Source: Octopus sinensis (Eukaryota). Taken from it: 64,000 nt of DNA. The DNA lies in assembly GCF_006345805.1 (NCBI RefSeq), contig NC_043013.1, positions 8,308,001 through 8,372,000 of the forward strand, written 5' to 3'. A program made the translations under genes and the position numbers. Positions 50,873 to 61,891 of this stretch are shown in pieces (positions within the stretch are counted from its first letter, which is position 1; each line of letters opens with the position of its first letter). Under the pieces are notes generated by a model. That model made no database searches and was not told the origin of the DNA. It saw nothing but the letters and a program-made list of their open reading frames with translations.

Positions 50873-52299
50873 TGTATGTATACATGTATATGTGTATGTG
50901 TCTGTAATATGTATGTATGTATAATTTGGTTTGTTTGAATTATTTTTCCCCCTACTCTTAGAGAAAACGTTCTGCCATTGCCACAAAAACAGGAAAAGAA
51001 ACTGAATTGAAATGATTCCAGAAATGTGTTAAGCAGATACAGATGTGGATGTTTTAATGTTAACTAAATCTATTAATTAGATGAGAAGTTTTCGTTACTG
51101 TGTAATTATGAAGTCACAGATGCAGAAACATTCCATTTTGCAGTTCTTCTCTCACCCACAGAAAAGGAAAAAGCTAATTCAAAATTGAGTGAGATTTACA
51201 AGAGCAAAAATTACATTCAGTTGTATTTTTGACCAGTTAACTCTTTGTCTTCATTCACCTAAGCTTGCCCTCACTCAGGTTTTAACAAGAGTAGGGTATG
51301 GATGGATCAGCTGAGTTCTGAGTAAGATGAGTTCAGTATTTACTATACTGTCTGGCTTGTATGTTAAAGGTCAAGCTCGGCCAAATTTGAACTCAGAACA
51401 TAACGGCAGACAAAATACCTATTTCTTTACTACCCACAAGGGGCTAAACACAGAGGGGACAAACAAATGGATTAAGTCGATAACATTGACCCCAGTGCGT
51501 AACTGGTACTTATCTAAATGACCCCGAAAAAATGAAAGGCAAAGTCGACCCCGGCGGAATTTGAACTCAGAGCGTAGTGGCAGACGAAATACCTATTTCT
51601 TTATTACCCACAAGGGGCTAAACATAGAAGGGACAAACAAGGACAGACATAGGTATTAAGTCGATTACATCGACCCCAGTGCGTAACTGGTACTTAATTT
51701 ATCGACCCCGAAAGGATGAAAGGTAAAGTCGACCTCTGCGGAATTTGAACTCACAACGTAACGGCTGATGAAATGCCGCTGAGCATTTCGCCCGGTGTGT
51801 TAACGTTTCTGCCAGCTCGTTGCTTGACAACCATTGTTGACTTTGTTATGTCCCTGTAAATACTAAACTTGGGAAAGAAAAAAAAATCACTAGGGCTAAT
51901 TTTTTTCAACTACAAGCCCCTCAAGGCTGTGCTCCAGCGTGGCCACAGACCAATGATTGAAATAATTAAAACATAAAACTAATTTTGGTACATTTAACAC
52001 CTGAAACGAGGAGGTAAGATAATTATAACCTTAACAACCAAAAAAATAACATCAATTACTGAAAAATTGCTGTTCTGTACAAGATTCACAGGAAGAAATA
52101 AAGAATTAATATCGTTTTCATTTGACCAACCACATCGTTCTCTTGAACCGAATCAATTTCAGAATACTAATAGCTTTTATTCTAATACTAGGTTTTATTT
52201 TATGTGTATTTATTTCATTAATAGTATATATTTTAGTAATGATTCAAGACCACTCAACAAGATGACTTCAGTAATTGTATGTATGAGTGTGTATCCTAT

Positions 52300-52394
52300 C
52301 AATCTGTCTGTCTGTCTGTCTATCAATCTATCTATTTATCTATCTGTCTATCTGTGTGGCTGTCTGTCTGTCTCTATCTCTATCTATTTATCTT

Positions 52395-52447
<53 letters not shown>

Positions 52448-52546
52448 TTATCTATCTATCTATCTGTCTGTCTATTTATCACTCTATCTATTTAACTATC
52501 TATCTATCTATCTATCGATCTATCTATCTATCTATCTATCTATCAG

Positions 52547-52588
<42 letters not shown>
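52300..52588. repeat. (TCTA/TCTG)n microsatellite
   Basis: Direct inspection. Confidence 0.95.
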
Positions 52589-52777
52589 ATGTACGTATAA
52601 GCGTAGGAGTGGCTGTGTAGTAAGGGGCTTGCTTACCAACCACATGATTCTGGGTTCAGTCCCACTGGGTGGCACATTGGGCAAGTGTCTTCTATAGGCC
52701 TCAGGCCGACCAAAGCCTTGTGAGTGGATTTGGTAAACGGAAACTGAAAGAAGCCCATTGTATATATGTATATATAT

Positions 52778-52829
<52 letters not shown>

Positions 52830-53403
52830 TGTGTGTCTGTGTTTGTCCCCACCACCCCAAACATTGCTTGACAACCGATGCTGGTGTGTTTACGTCCCCA
52901 TAACTTAGCAGTTCTGCAAAAGAGACCAATAGAATAAGTCCCGGGGTCGATTTGCTCGACTAAAGGCAGTGCTCCAGCATGGCCAAAGTCAAATGACTGA
53001 AACAATTAAAAGAGTAAAAGAGTAAAGAGAGTATCCATCCATCTATCCATCCATCTTTCTATCTATCTAGCCATCTATATGTGTGTGTGTGTGTGTGTGT
53101 GTGTCTGTCTGTATGTGTATGTGTGTGTGTAGAGGTGCATGGCTTAGTGGTTAGGTTGTTAGTGTCATGATCATAAGTTTGTCGTTTCAAGATTCTTGGA
53201 TCATGCCATGCATTGTGTTCTTGAGCAAGACACTTCACTACCTGTTGCCCCAGTCCACTCATCTGACAAAACTCAGTAAACCTGCAATGGACTGGCATCC
53301 CACTCTTGGAGAATATGTAAGTGTCACGGAATCTGGGAAACTGGCCCTATCTGCCTATATGACTCAGAAAGAATTTTAGCCTTTTATATATATATGTATA
53401 TGC

Positions 53404-53456
<53 letters not shown>

Positions 53457-53940
53457 TATATAATGAATGAAGTAAAAGGAAAGGAAAAATAGTAGGTTTA
53501 GACCAATCTTTAATTCATAATCCAATGTTTGACATCCTTTTGAAGGATGTTGGTCCTCACCTCTTTAATATATACATCATCGTTTAACGTCCGTTTTCCA
53601 CGCTAGCACAGGTTGGACGGTTCAACTGGGGTCTGTGAAGCCAGAAGGCTGCACCAGGCCCAGTTTGATCTGGCAATGTTTCTACAGCTGGATGCCCTTC
53701 CTAACGCCAACCACTCCATGAGTGTAGTGGGTGCTTTTTACGTGCCACTGGCACAGGTGCCAGATGAGTCTGGCAAACGGCCACGATCGGATGGTGCTTT
53801 TTATGTGCCACCAGCACGGGGGCCAGGCGAGGCTGGCAACAGCCATGAACGGATGGTGCTTTTTACGTGCCACCGGCACGAGGCCAGTTGGGGCAGCGCT
53901 GGCAACGGCCACGAACGGATGGTGCTTATTTATATGTATA

Positions 53941-53983
<43 letters not shown>

Positions 53984-54877
53984 TTGTGTATATATGTGTG
54001 TGTATGTGTATATATCTTTTGCTAATATCTTTTATCTTTTACTTGTTTCTGTTATTAGACTGTGACCATGCTTGGGCACTCTGCCTTGAATAACTTTTAA
54101 TCAAATAAATTGACCCCAGTACTAAAGAGGAACCAAATTTTCAAAACATCGCAGAAAACATACTTAATAGGTTGTTTATAAAAACAACACTATGAAATTA
54201 TAATTCTTAATTTAACAGAAAGGAGCCGGTGGGTACACTGGTATAAATCACACTGGTTGTGAAAACACGGTGTTTTTTCTATGAAGGGCTTATTTGGCCC
54301 AGTATTAGATTATTTTCTTTAGTCAATACATGGTAATCACTTACAACTTTTAAGCTTATAAAATATTGTTATTATTATTATTTACAAAATTGTAAAATTT
54401 GGCACCATATTTCAAAAACATCACATATATATATATTATATATATATATATATACACACACATGATGGACTTCTTTCAGTTTCTGTCTACCAAATCCACT
54501 CACAAGGCTTTGATCAGCCCAAGGTGCATGTAGTAGAAGTGAACCTTGGACCACGTGGTTGGCAAGCAAGCATCTTACCACACAGCCACACGCCATTTTA
54601 TAAATGAAAATGAGCTAAAGGAGATCAGTATGACCATCGGCTTATATTTGAACAAGAAAGATAAATAAAAGTATATGTTAAAGTATCAGTCAAGATGAAT
54701 TCGTAATTTATTGAAATTATCTCTACTTACAGAGGAAGTAGAATGACTGCTTTGGGGCAGATGGGTCCAACTCCAAATGAGAAAAGTAGATGAGCTTAAG
54801 ATTTAAGATTTCTCCAACACATACACACATGTATATATATGTATACATATATATATATGTTCATGCATATATGTGCA

Positions 54878-54920
<43 letters not shown>

Positions 54921-54935
54921 AAATGAGACAACAAA

Positions 54936-54973
<38 letters not shown>

Positions 54974-55087
54974 CATATCTATACATATGTATATACATAT
55001 ATATATATATATATATGCATTAAATAAAATGAGACAACAAAGCCATGGGTGTGTGGAATTTTCAGGATATTCATAAAGAGAAAGTTA

Positions 55088-55135
55088 GTCTTACAGCTGT
55101 TTCTGGGATATTAGGGATAGCGCTTCATCAGAGAC
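55088..55135 (-). ncRNA. Type I hammerhead motif (AGCT family)
   Basis: Minus strand: GTCT CTGATGA AGCGCTATCCCTAATATCCCA GAAAC AGCT GTA AGAC. Core and 4-bp stem I intact, stem II poorly paired. Confidence 0.65.
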
Positions 55136-55846
55136 AATGTGAGATGGTTAAATAGAGGGAAATAGTAGAGTTCAATACAAGGAGTTCTTTTGGAAAAGGA
55201 TGGAAATAAGAAGTATAGGAGCAAATAAGAGAATAAAAGTAAAAGTAAAAATATATGTAGAATGTTATAGTTGCAGTTCCATTATCCAAGGAAAGTGGTG
55301 TAGAAGTGGTAAAAATGCTTCTTGTCCATGGTATGTAAATTCCGTTAGGAGTTCATATTTTGTCATTACAAATGGAAAGTGTGGAGATGTAGATTCCATG
55401 TGCTGTTCATTCAAAGGGGTCTTTTGGTGTGAATGAAATTTTGAGAATGTTGTAGTACTAATAAGCACCTTTCTTTCTTCTTTCCTCACCTATTCCTTTT
55501 GACCATTCTCCTCATTTTAACATACACATCTTTTCTCTCTTCTCTATCTACTTAGAGTTGTGGGAAAACACAAAGGTACGCACGCGCATTTGTACATTTA
55601 TATTTACATATGTAAATATATATATATGTTGGATCGTTAGCTCCTACATGCAATTTTTTTATCTCCTTGTTTCTGTCCTTGTTTCGTTTCTGTGTATCCT
55701 TCCGTCCAAGAGCGTTGGCTCGAAATGTAAAAGACTTGTTTTATTTCTATTCCTGAGCGCCATACTAATACATTTGTTTGTTTGTACTCCACCTGCCTTC
55801 GTCTTTTGTTTATTTTTGTAAATCTTCCCGTTATATATACATAAAC

Positions 55847-55887
<41 letters not shown>

Positions 55888-55975
55888 TATTAGAGACAAA
55901 ACCACTATTTTGCAAAACAAACAAGGAAGACTTAATCAATACATAAATTTTAATAAATAGTCAAAAAAAAAACCG

Positions 55976-56018
55976 CCACTACAATTGTTACTTGTCTTGA
56001 TCGACAATCTTCAGGTGG
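55976..56018 (-). ncRNA. Inverted copy of the 56065-56107 hammerhead-like motif
   Basis: Left arm of the zero-spacer palindrome centred at 56041/56042. Confidence 0.63.
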
Positions 56019-56064
56019 ACTTCCAATAAGTCAGTTTCAAATTTGAAACTGACTTATTGGAAGT

Positions 56065-56107
56065 CCACCTGAAGATTGTCGATCAAGACAAGTAACAATT
56101 GTAGTGG
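56065..56107 (+). ncRNA. Type I hammerhead-like motif with A13U core variant
   Basis: CCAC CTGAAGA TTGTC GATCAA GACAA GTAAC AATT GTA GTGG. All three helices pair; GAAA is replaced by GTAA. Confidence 0.65.
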
Positions 56108-58152
56108 CGGTTTTTTTGACTATTTATTAAAATTTTATGTATTGATTAAGTCTTTCCTTGTTTGTTTTGCAAAATAGTGGTTTTGTCTCTAATAATATTT
56201 TATAATATTTTACTATTAAATTGGATTTAATCCTAAATCTGATTTTTTCCCTGTAAATTTGGATTTATTCCCTAATATTTATTATTATATATATATATAT
56301 ACGTATATATACTCTAGGCACAAGGCCTAAAATGTTTATGGGAGGAGGGGGCCACTCGATTAGATCAACCCCAGTATGCAATTGGTACTTAGTTTATCGA
56401 CCCCGAAAAGATGAAAAGCAAAGTCGACTTCGACGGAATTTGAACTTGGAACATAAAGACAGTCAAAATACCAATAAGCATTTTGCCTAGTGTGATAATG
56501 TTTTTGCCAGCTCACCTTGTGTGTGTGTGTTGTGTGTGTGTGTGTATAAGGAGAATAATAAATGAACTGAGAAATAAGGAAAGCTTCTCACAATGAAGAA
56601 AGTTTAAAAGACCTTTACATTTCAGGTGCAAAGGCCTGTCTTCATAGATTGGCCTTTGCATCCAAAATATAAAGGTTCTTTAGACTTTCTGCCTTCTTAG
56701 AAGTTCCCCTTATTTCTCATTTCATTTACTATTCTATCAAACTACAGTGTTCTTCTTTCATATAGGAGTGGCTGTGTGGTAAGAAGCTTGCTTCACAACC
56801 ATATGTTTTTGAGTTCAGTCTCACTGCATGACACCTTGGGAGCAAGTGTCTTCTACTATATAGCCTCAGGCCAACTAAAGCCTTGTGAGTGGATTTGGTT
56901 AACAGAAACTGAAAGAAGCCCATCATGTGTGTGTGTGTTTGTCCTCCACCACCACCACTTCACAACCGGTGTTAGTGTGTTTGCATCCTTGTTTGACAAA
57001 AGAGACCAACAGGATAAGAACCAGGCTTAGAAAATAAAAAAAAATGTACTGGGAGCAATTCATTGTGCTAAAATACTGCAAGGCGGTGCCCCAGCATGGC
57101 CACAGTCAAATGACTGGAATAAGTAAAAGAATGAATGAGTGTGTGTATATATAATGCACACACACACACACGCACACAACACAGGCTTCTTTCAGTTTCC
57201 CTCTATCAAATCCACACATACGTCTTTGGTTATCCCACGACTGTAGTAGGAGACATCTACTGAATGTACCATGAAGTGGGGCTGAACCTGCAATAATGTG
57301 ATTTGGCAGCAAACTTCTTAACCACACAGCCACTATTATATATATATATATAGTTGCAGGAGTGGCTGTGTGGTAAGTAGCTTGTTTACCAACCACATGG
57401 TTCCGGGTTCAGTCCCAATGCGTGGCACCTTGGGCAAGTGTCTTCTACTATAGTCTCGGGCCGACCAAAGCCTTGTGAGTGGATTTGGTAGACGGAAACT
57501 GAAAGAAGCCTGTCGTATATATGTATATATATATATGCATGTGTGTGTTTGTGTGAGTGTGTTTGTCCCCCTAGCATTGCTTGACAACCGATGGTGTGTT
57601 TATGTCCCCATTACTTAGCGGTTTGGCAAAAGAGACCGATAGAATAAGTACTGGGCTTACAAAAGAATAAGTCCCTGGTCGAGTTGCTCGATTAAAGGCG
57701 GTGCTCCAGCATGGCCGCAGTCAAATGACTGGAACAAGTAAAAGAGTAAAAGTGTATAGTATTTATTATACTGAAAAGCCCCAGAGAGATTAATGACCTT
57801 GGTTAGATTTGAACTTAGAATATGGATTCACCAAATGAAGTATTTAAAATATGTAGTTTTGATGATTAGTTATTTACTTCACTTCACCTTCACCTATTGA
57901 AAAATTACCAAGGCACCGATGAAAGCTTATTAAAATGCGAGGAACTGAAAGATGGAAAATAAATTAGTTGTAACTTCTCTTCCTATGCTTCCTGTTGATG
58001 CTGGCAGTGGTAGCATGCATACGTAGAAAACATCCATTTGTAAATAAGCGAGAGATGGGGAGGTGAGTGTGTGTGTGTGTGTGTGTGAACATTTGTATAT
58101 TTGTACATTAGTTGAGGAAACTTGGTGGTTGCAATGTGCTGTACATATGTGT

Positions 58153-58382
58153 GTTTCTTTACTACCCACAAGGGGCTAAACACAGAGGGGACAAACAAGG
58201 ACAGACAAACGGATTAAGTCGATTATATCGACCCCAGTGCATAACTGGTACTTAATTTATCGACCCTGAAAGGATGAAAGGCAAAGTCGACCTCGGCGGA
58301 ATTTGAACTCAGAACGCAATGACAGACGCAATACCGCTAAGCATTTCACCCGGTGTGCTAACGTTTCTGCCAGCTCGCCGCC
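58153..58382 (-). mobile_element. tRNA-derived SINE family C, full copy with 13-bp TSD
   Basis: TSD TGTACATATGTGT at 58140-58152 and 58383-58395; head GGCGGCGAGCTGGCAGAAACG. Other copies: 798-962(+), 34574-34803(+), 19875-20285(-), 38245-38372(-), 51360-51815(-), 56315-56515(-). Confidence 0.9.
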
Positions 58383-58765
58383 TGTACATATGTGTATATA
58401 TCGAGGCATATGGTAAGGCATGCTGAGGAAGGTGAGGCTATAATGCCAGTCCAGAAACCAGTCTACATGAGTTCAATTACTTGAATGTATGCTGAGAGAT
58501 TGTCTTTGCCCATTTGCCTTCGAACGGTTAATTTCCGTATTTATTATCAGTGTATTTTGGTGATTTAAATAAGGATTTTAACTGTTATTTCCAGTAAGTC
58601 AACATACTTAGTATGTCCTTTGATCAATTTTAATCCTTCAGCTATTTAATGCAACCAAAATGATCATGAATTCAGTTCCATTCCATGGCACTTTGAGCAA
58701 GTACCTGCTACTATAGCCCTGGGTTGACCAGTGCCTTGTGTGGAAGCTCATCGTATATGTGCATC

Positions 58766-58801
<36 letters not shown>

Positions 58802-59558
58802 AGGGAGAGTGTGTGTCTCCCATCCATCATTTGACAACTATTGTTGGTTTGTTTACATCCCCATAGTTTAATAGATCAGCAAAAGAGACTGTTAAAATAA
58901 GAATGAAACTTAAAAACAAGTACCAGAGCCAATTTGTTTGAGTAAGCCCTTCAAGGCAATGCTCCAGCATGGCTGCAGTTCAATGACTGAAACAAGTAAA
59001 AATAAAATTAAAAAACAAAAACAACATATGTGTATTTGGGAATTCACACATAAGAATGCTCAGTAGTTAGGGTTGGTAGTGTAAATATGTGTATAAACAC
59101 TGCTGATTCATTTCATATTCCTATATGCATGACATTTAGATATCTCCATATCACTGTATCAACCAGACTATCAGATGTGGTTATACACTGCTGGTCACAA
59201 TGCACTTCCTCAGATTGTTATAAAAGTTTTAAACTATTCCATCCCACTGGTTAGGCAGTCAGACAGGCCCTTTCCCTTTGAATGGAAAGTTTATCTGTTG
59301 CGGGGTTATCCATTTACAGCTGGGTGGACTGGTACAATATGAAGTGAAGTATCTTGCTCAGAACACAATGCATCACTGGTCTGGGGATTGAAATCCCAAT
59401 TTAGTGATTGTGAGTACAACACCCTAACAACTAGGCTATGTGGCTTAGATATAACAGACTTTAACATTGTAACAATCTAACAACCAATGTCACCAAAAAG
59501 GGGTTAAAAAATATCATTCTTCTTACTTGGTTGTTCCAGGAATTACTGTATAAATTAG

Positions 59559-59814
59559 TCTGTTGTGTCTGGGGACAGTCATTTTCTTTTTGTGCCTTAT
59601 AATATAACACACTCATTGGTAAAATTTCCACTTTTTGTTTTTTCTTATTTTTATTTTCCTAAAATTTTTGTTAGTCAAAACTATTGCAAAGGTTGCAAGA
59701 CACAACGACAATTTTAGGAAAATAAAAATAAAGAAAAAAAGTGAAAATTTTACCGTTGAGTGTGTTATATTATAAGGCACAAAAAAGAAAATGACTCTCC
59801 CCAGACACAACAGA
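59559..59814. repeat. Inverted repeat, ~105-bp arms, ~43-nt spacer
   Basis: TCTGTTGTGTCTGGGGA..CCTAAAATT versus AATTTTAGG..TCCCCAGACACAACAGA. Confidence 0.85.
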
Positions 59815-60454
59815 ATATGCTTCAACACACGAACTCATATAAAGAATCTTGCAAACCAAATCCAACAACGAAATGTATAAATTAGATTCTCCTTAAAAAG
59901 AAAATAATCAGTCAGGCATAGTATAAGGCACAGGTGTGATATAAGGTGCAAGCATGGCATAAGACACAGGTGTGGTTGTATGGTAAGAAGTTTGCTTCCC
60001 AACCACATGGTTCCAGGTTCGCTCCTACTATAGCCTCAAGCCAACTAAGGCCTTGTGAGTGAATTTGGTAAACAGAAATTGAAAGAATCTTGTTGTATAT
60101 ATATATATTTATATATGTATATGTATATATCTATGTGTGTTTGTCCCCCACCTCACCCACCACCACCACTTGCTAACCGGTGTTGGTGTCTTTACATCCC
60201 CATAACTTTGGCAAAAGAGGCCGGTAAATGTACCAGGTTTTAAAAAGGAAATTAGTCCTGGGGTTGATTAGTTCAACTAAAATTCCTCAAGGTGGTGCCC
60301 CAGCATGGCCTTAGTCTAATGACTGAAACAAGCAAACGTAACAGTGTAAAAGAAAGTCAATCAGAGTTTTCTCTCCTGTTTGGAAGCATCTTCTCATACT
60401 TCATTCTATAAATTGTGCACCAATTTCATATTTTCTTGAAGCAGCATAATTTTC

Positions 60455-61891
60455 TTAACCCTTTTGTTACTGTATTTATTTTGAGATGCTCTGTGTTTCT
60501 TTCAATTAATTTTAAATATAACAAAGAATTTAGTAAAATAACTTAGTTATCATTCAACTAGTGTTAGGAACATAAATTGTGACTAAGGTTTGGTGGAAGA
60601 TTTTAATTCAAAACTTATGAAAACAAGACATTTGTACTACAGAGCCAGAGCTGGTTTCAGCCGGGTTGGTAACGAAAGGGTTAAATTAATCATTTGTTAA
60701 CCCTTTCGTTACTGTATTTATTTTGAGATGTTCTGTGTTTCTTTCAATTAATTTTAAATATAACAAAGAATTAGTAAAATAACTTAGTTATCATTCAACT
60801 AGTGTTAGGAACATAATTGTGACTAAGGTTTGGTGGAAGATTTTAATTCAAAACTTATGAAAACAAGACATTTGTACTACAGAGCCAGAGCTGGTTTCAG
60901 CCGGGTTGGTAACGAAAGGGTTAAATTAATCATTTGTTAACCCTTTCGTTACTGTATTTATTTTGAGATGTTCTGTGTTTCTTTCAATTAATTTTAAATA
61001 TAACAAAGAATTTAGTAAAATAACTTAGTTATCATTCAACTAGTGTTAGGAACATAAATTGTGACTAAGGTTTGGTGGAAGATTTTAATTCAAAACTTAT
61101 GAAAACAAGACATTTGTACTACAGAGCCAGAGCTGGTTTCAGCCGGGTTGGTAACGAAAGGGTTAAATTAATCATTTGTTAACCCTTTCGTTACTGTATT
61201 TATTTTGAGATGTTCTGTGTTTCTTTCAATTAATTTTAAATATAACAAAGAATTTAGTAAAATAACTTAGTTATCATTCAACTAGTGTTAGGAACATAAA
61301 TTGTGACTAAGGTTTGGTGGAAGATTTTAATTCAAAACTTATGAAAACAAGACATTTGTACTACAGAGCAGAGCTGGTTTCAGCCGGGTTGGTAACGAAA
61401 GGGTTAAATTAATCATTTGTTAACCCTTTCGTTACTGTATTTATTTTGAGATGTTCTGTGTTTCTTTCAATTAATTTTAAATATAACAAAGAATTTAGTA
61501 AAATAACTTAGTTATCATTCAACTAGTGTTAGGAACATAAATTGTGACTAAGGTTTGGTGGAAGATTTTAATTCAAAACTTATGAAAACAAGACATTTGT
61601 ACTACAGAGCCAGAGCTGGTTTCAGCCGGGTTGGTAACGAAAGGGTTAAATTAATCATTTGTTAACCCTTTCGTTACTGTATTTATTTTGAGATGTTCTG
61701 TGTTTCTTTCAATTAATTTTAAATATAACAAAGAATTTAGTAAAATAACTTAATTATCATTCAACTAGTGTTAGGAACATAAATTGTGACTAAGGTTCGG
61801 TGGAATGTTTTAATTCAAAACTTATGAAAACAAGACATTTGTACTACAGAGCCAGAGCTGGTTTCAGCCGGGTTGGTAACGAAAGGGTTAA
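60455..61891. mobile_element. Tandem array of six ~222-bp piggyBac-type MITEs (period 240-242 bp)
   Basis: Each unit TTAA|CCCTTTCGTTAC...GTAACGAAAGGG|TTAA; starts at 60459, 60701, 60941, 61183, 61424, 61666; constant linker ATTAATCATTTG. Confidence 0.88.

Larger units (their letters stand above)
55878..56204. repeat. Near-perfect ~327-bp zero-spacer palindrome, centre 56041/56042
   Basis: Arms differ only in homopolymer lengths; left flank is (TA)n. Confidence 0.95.
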
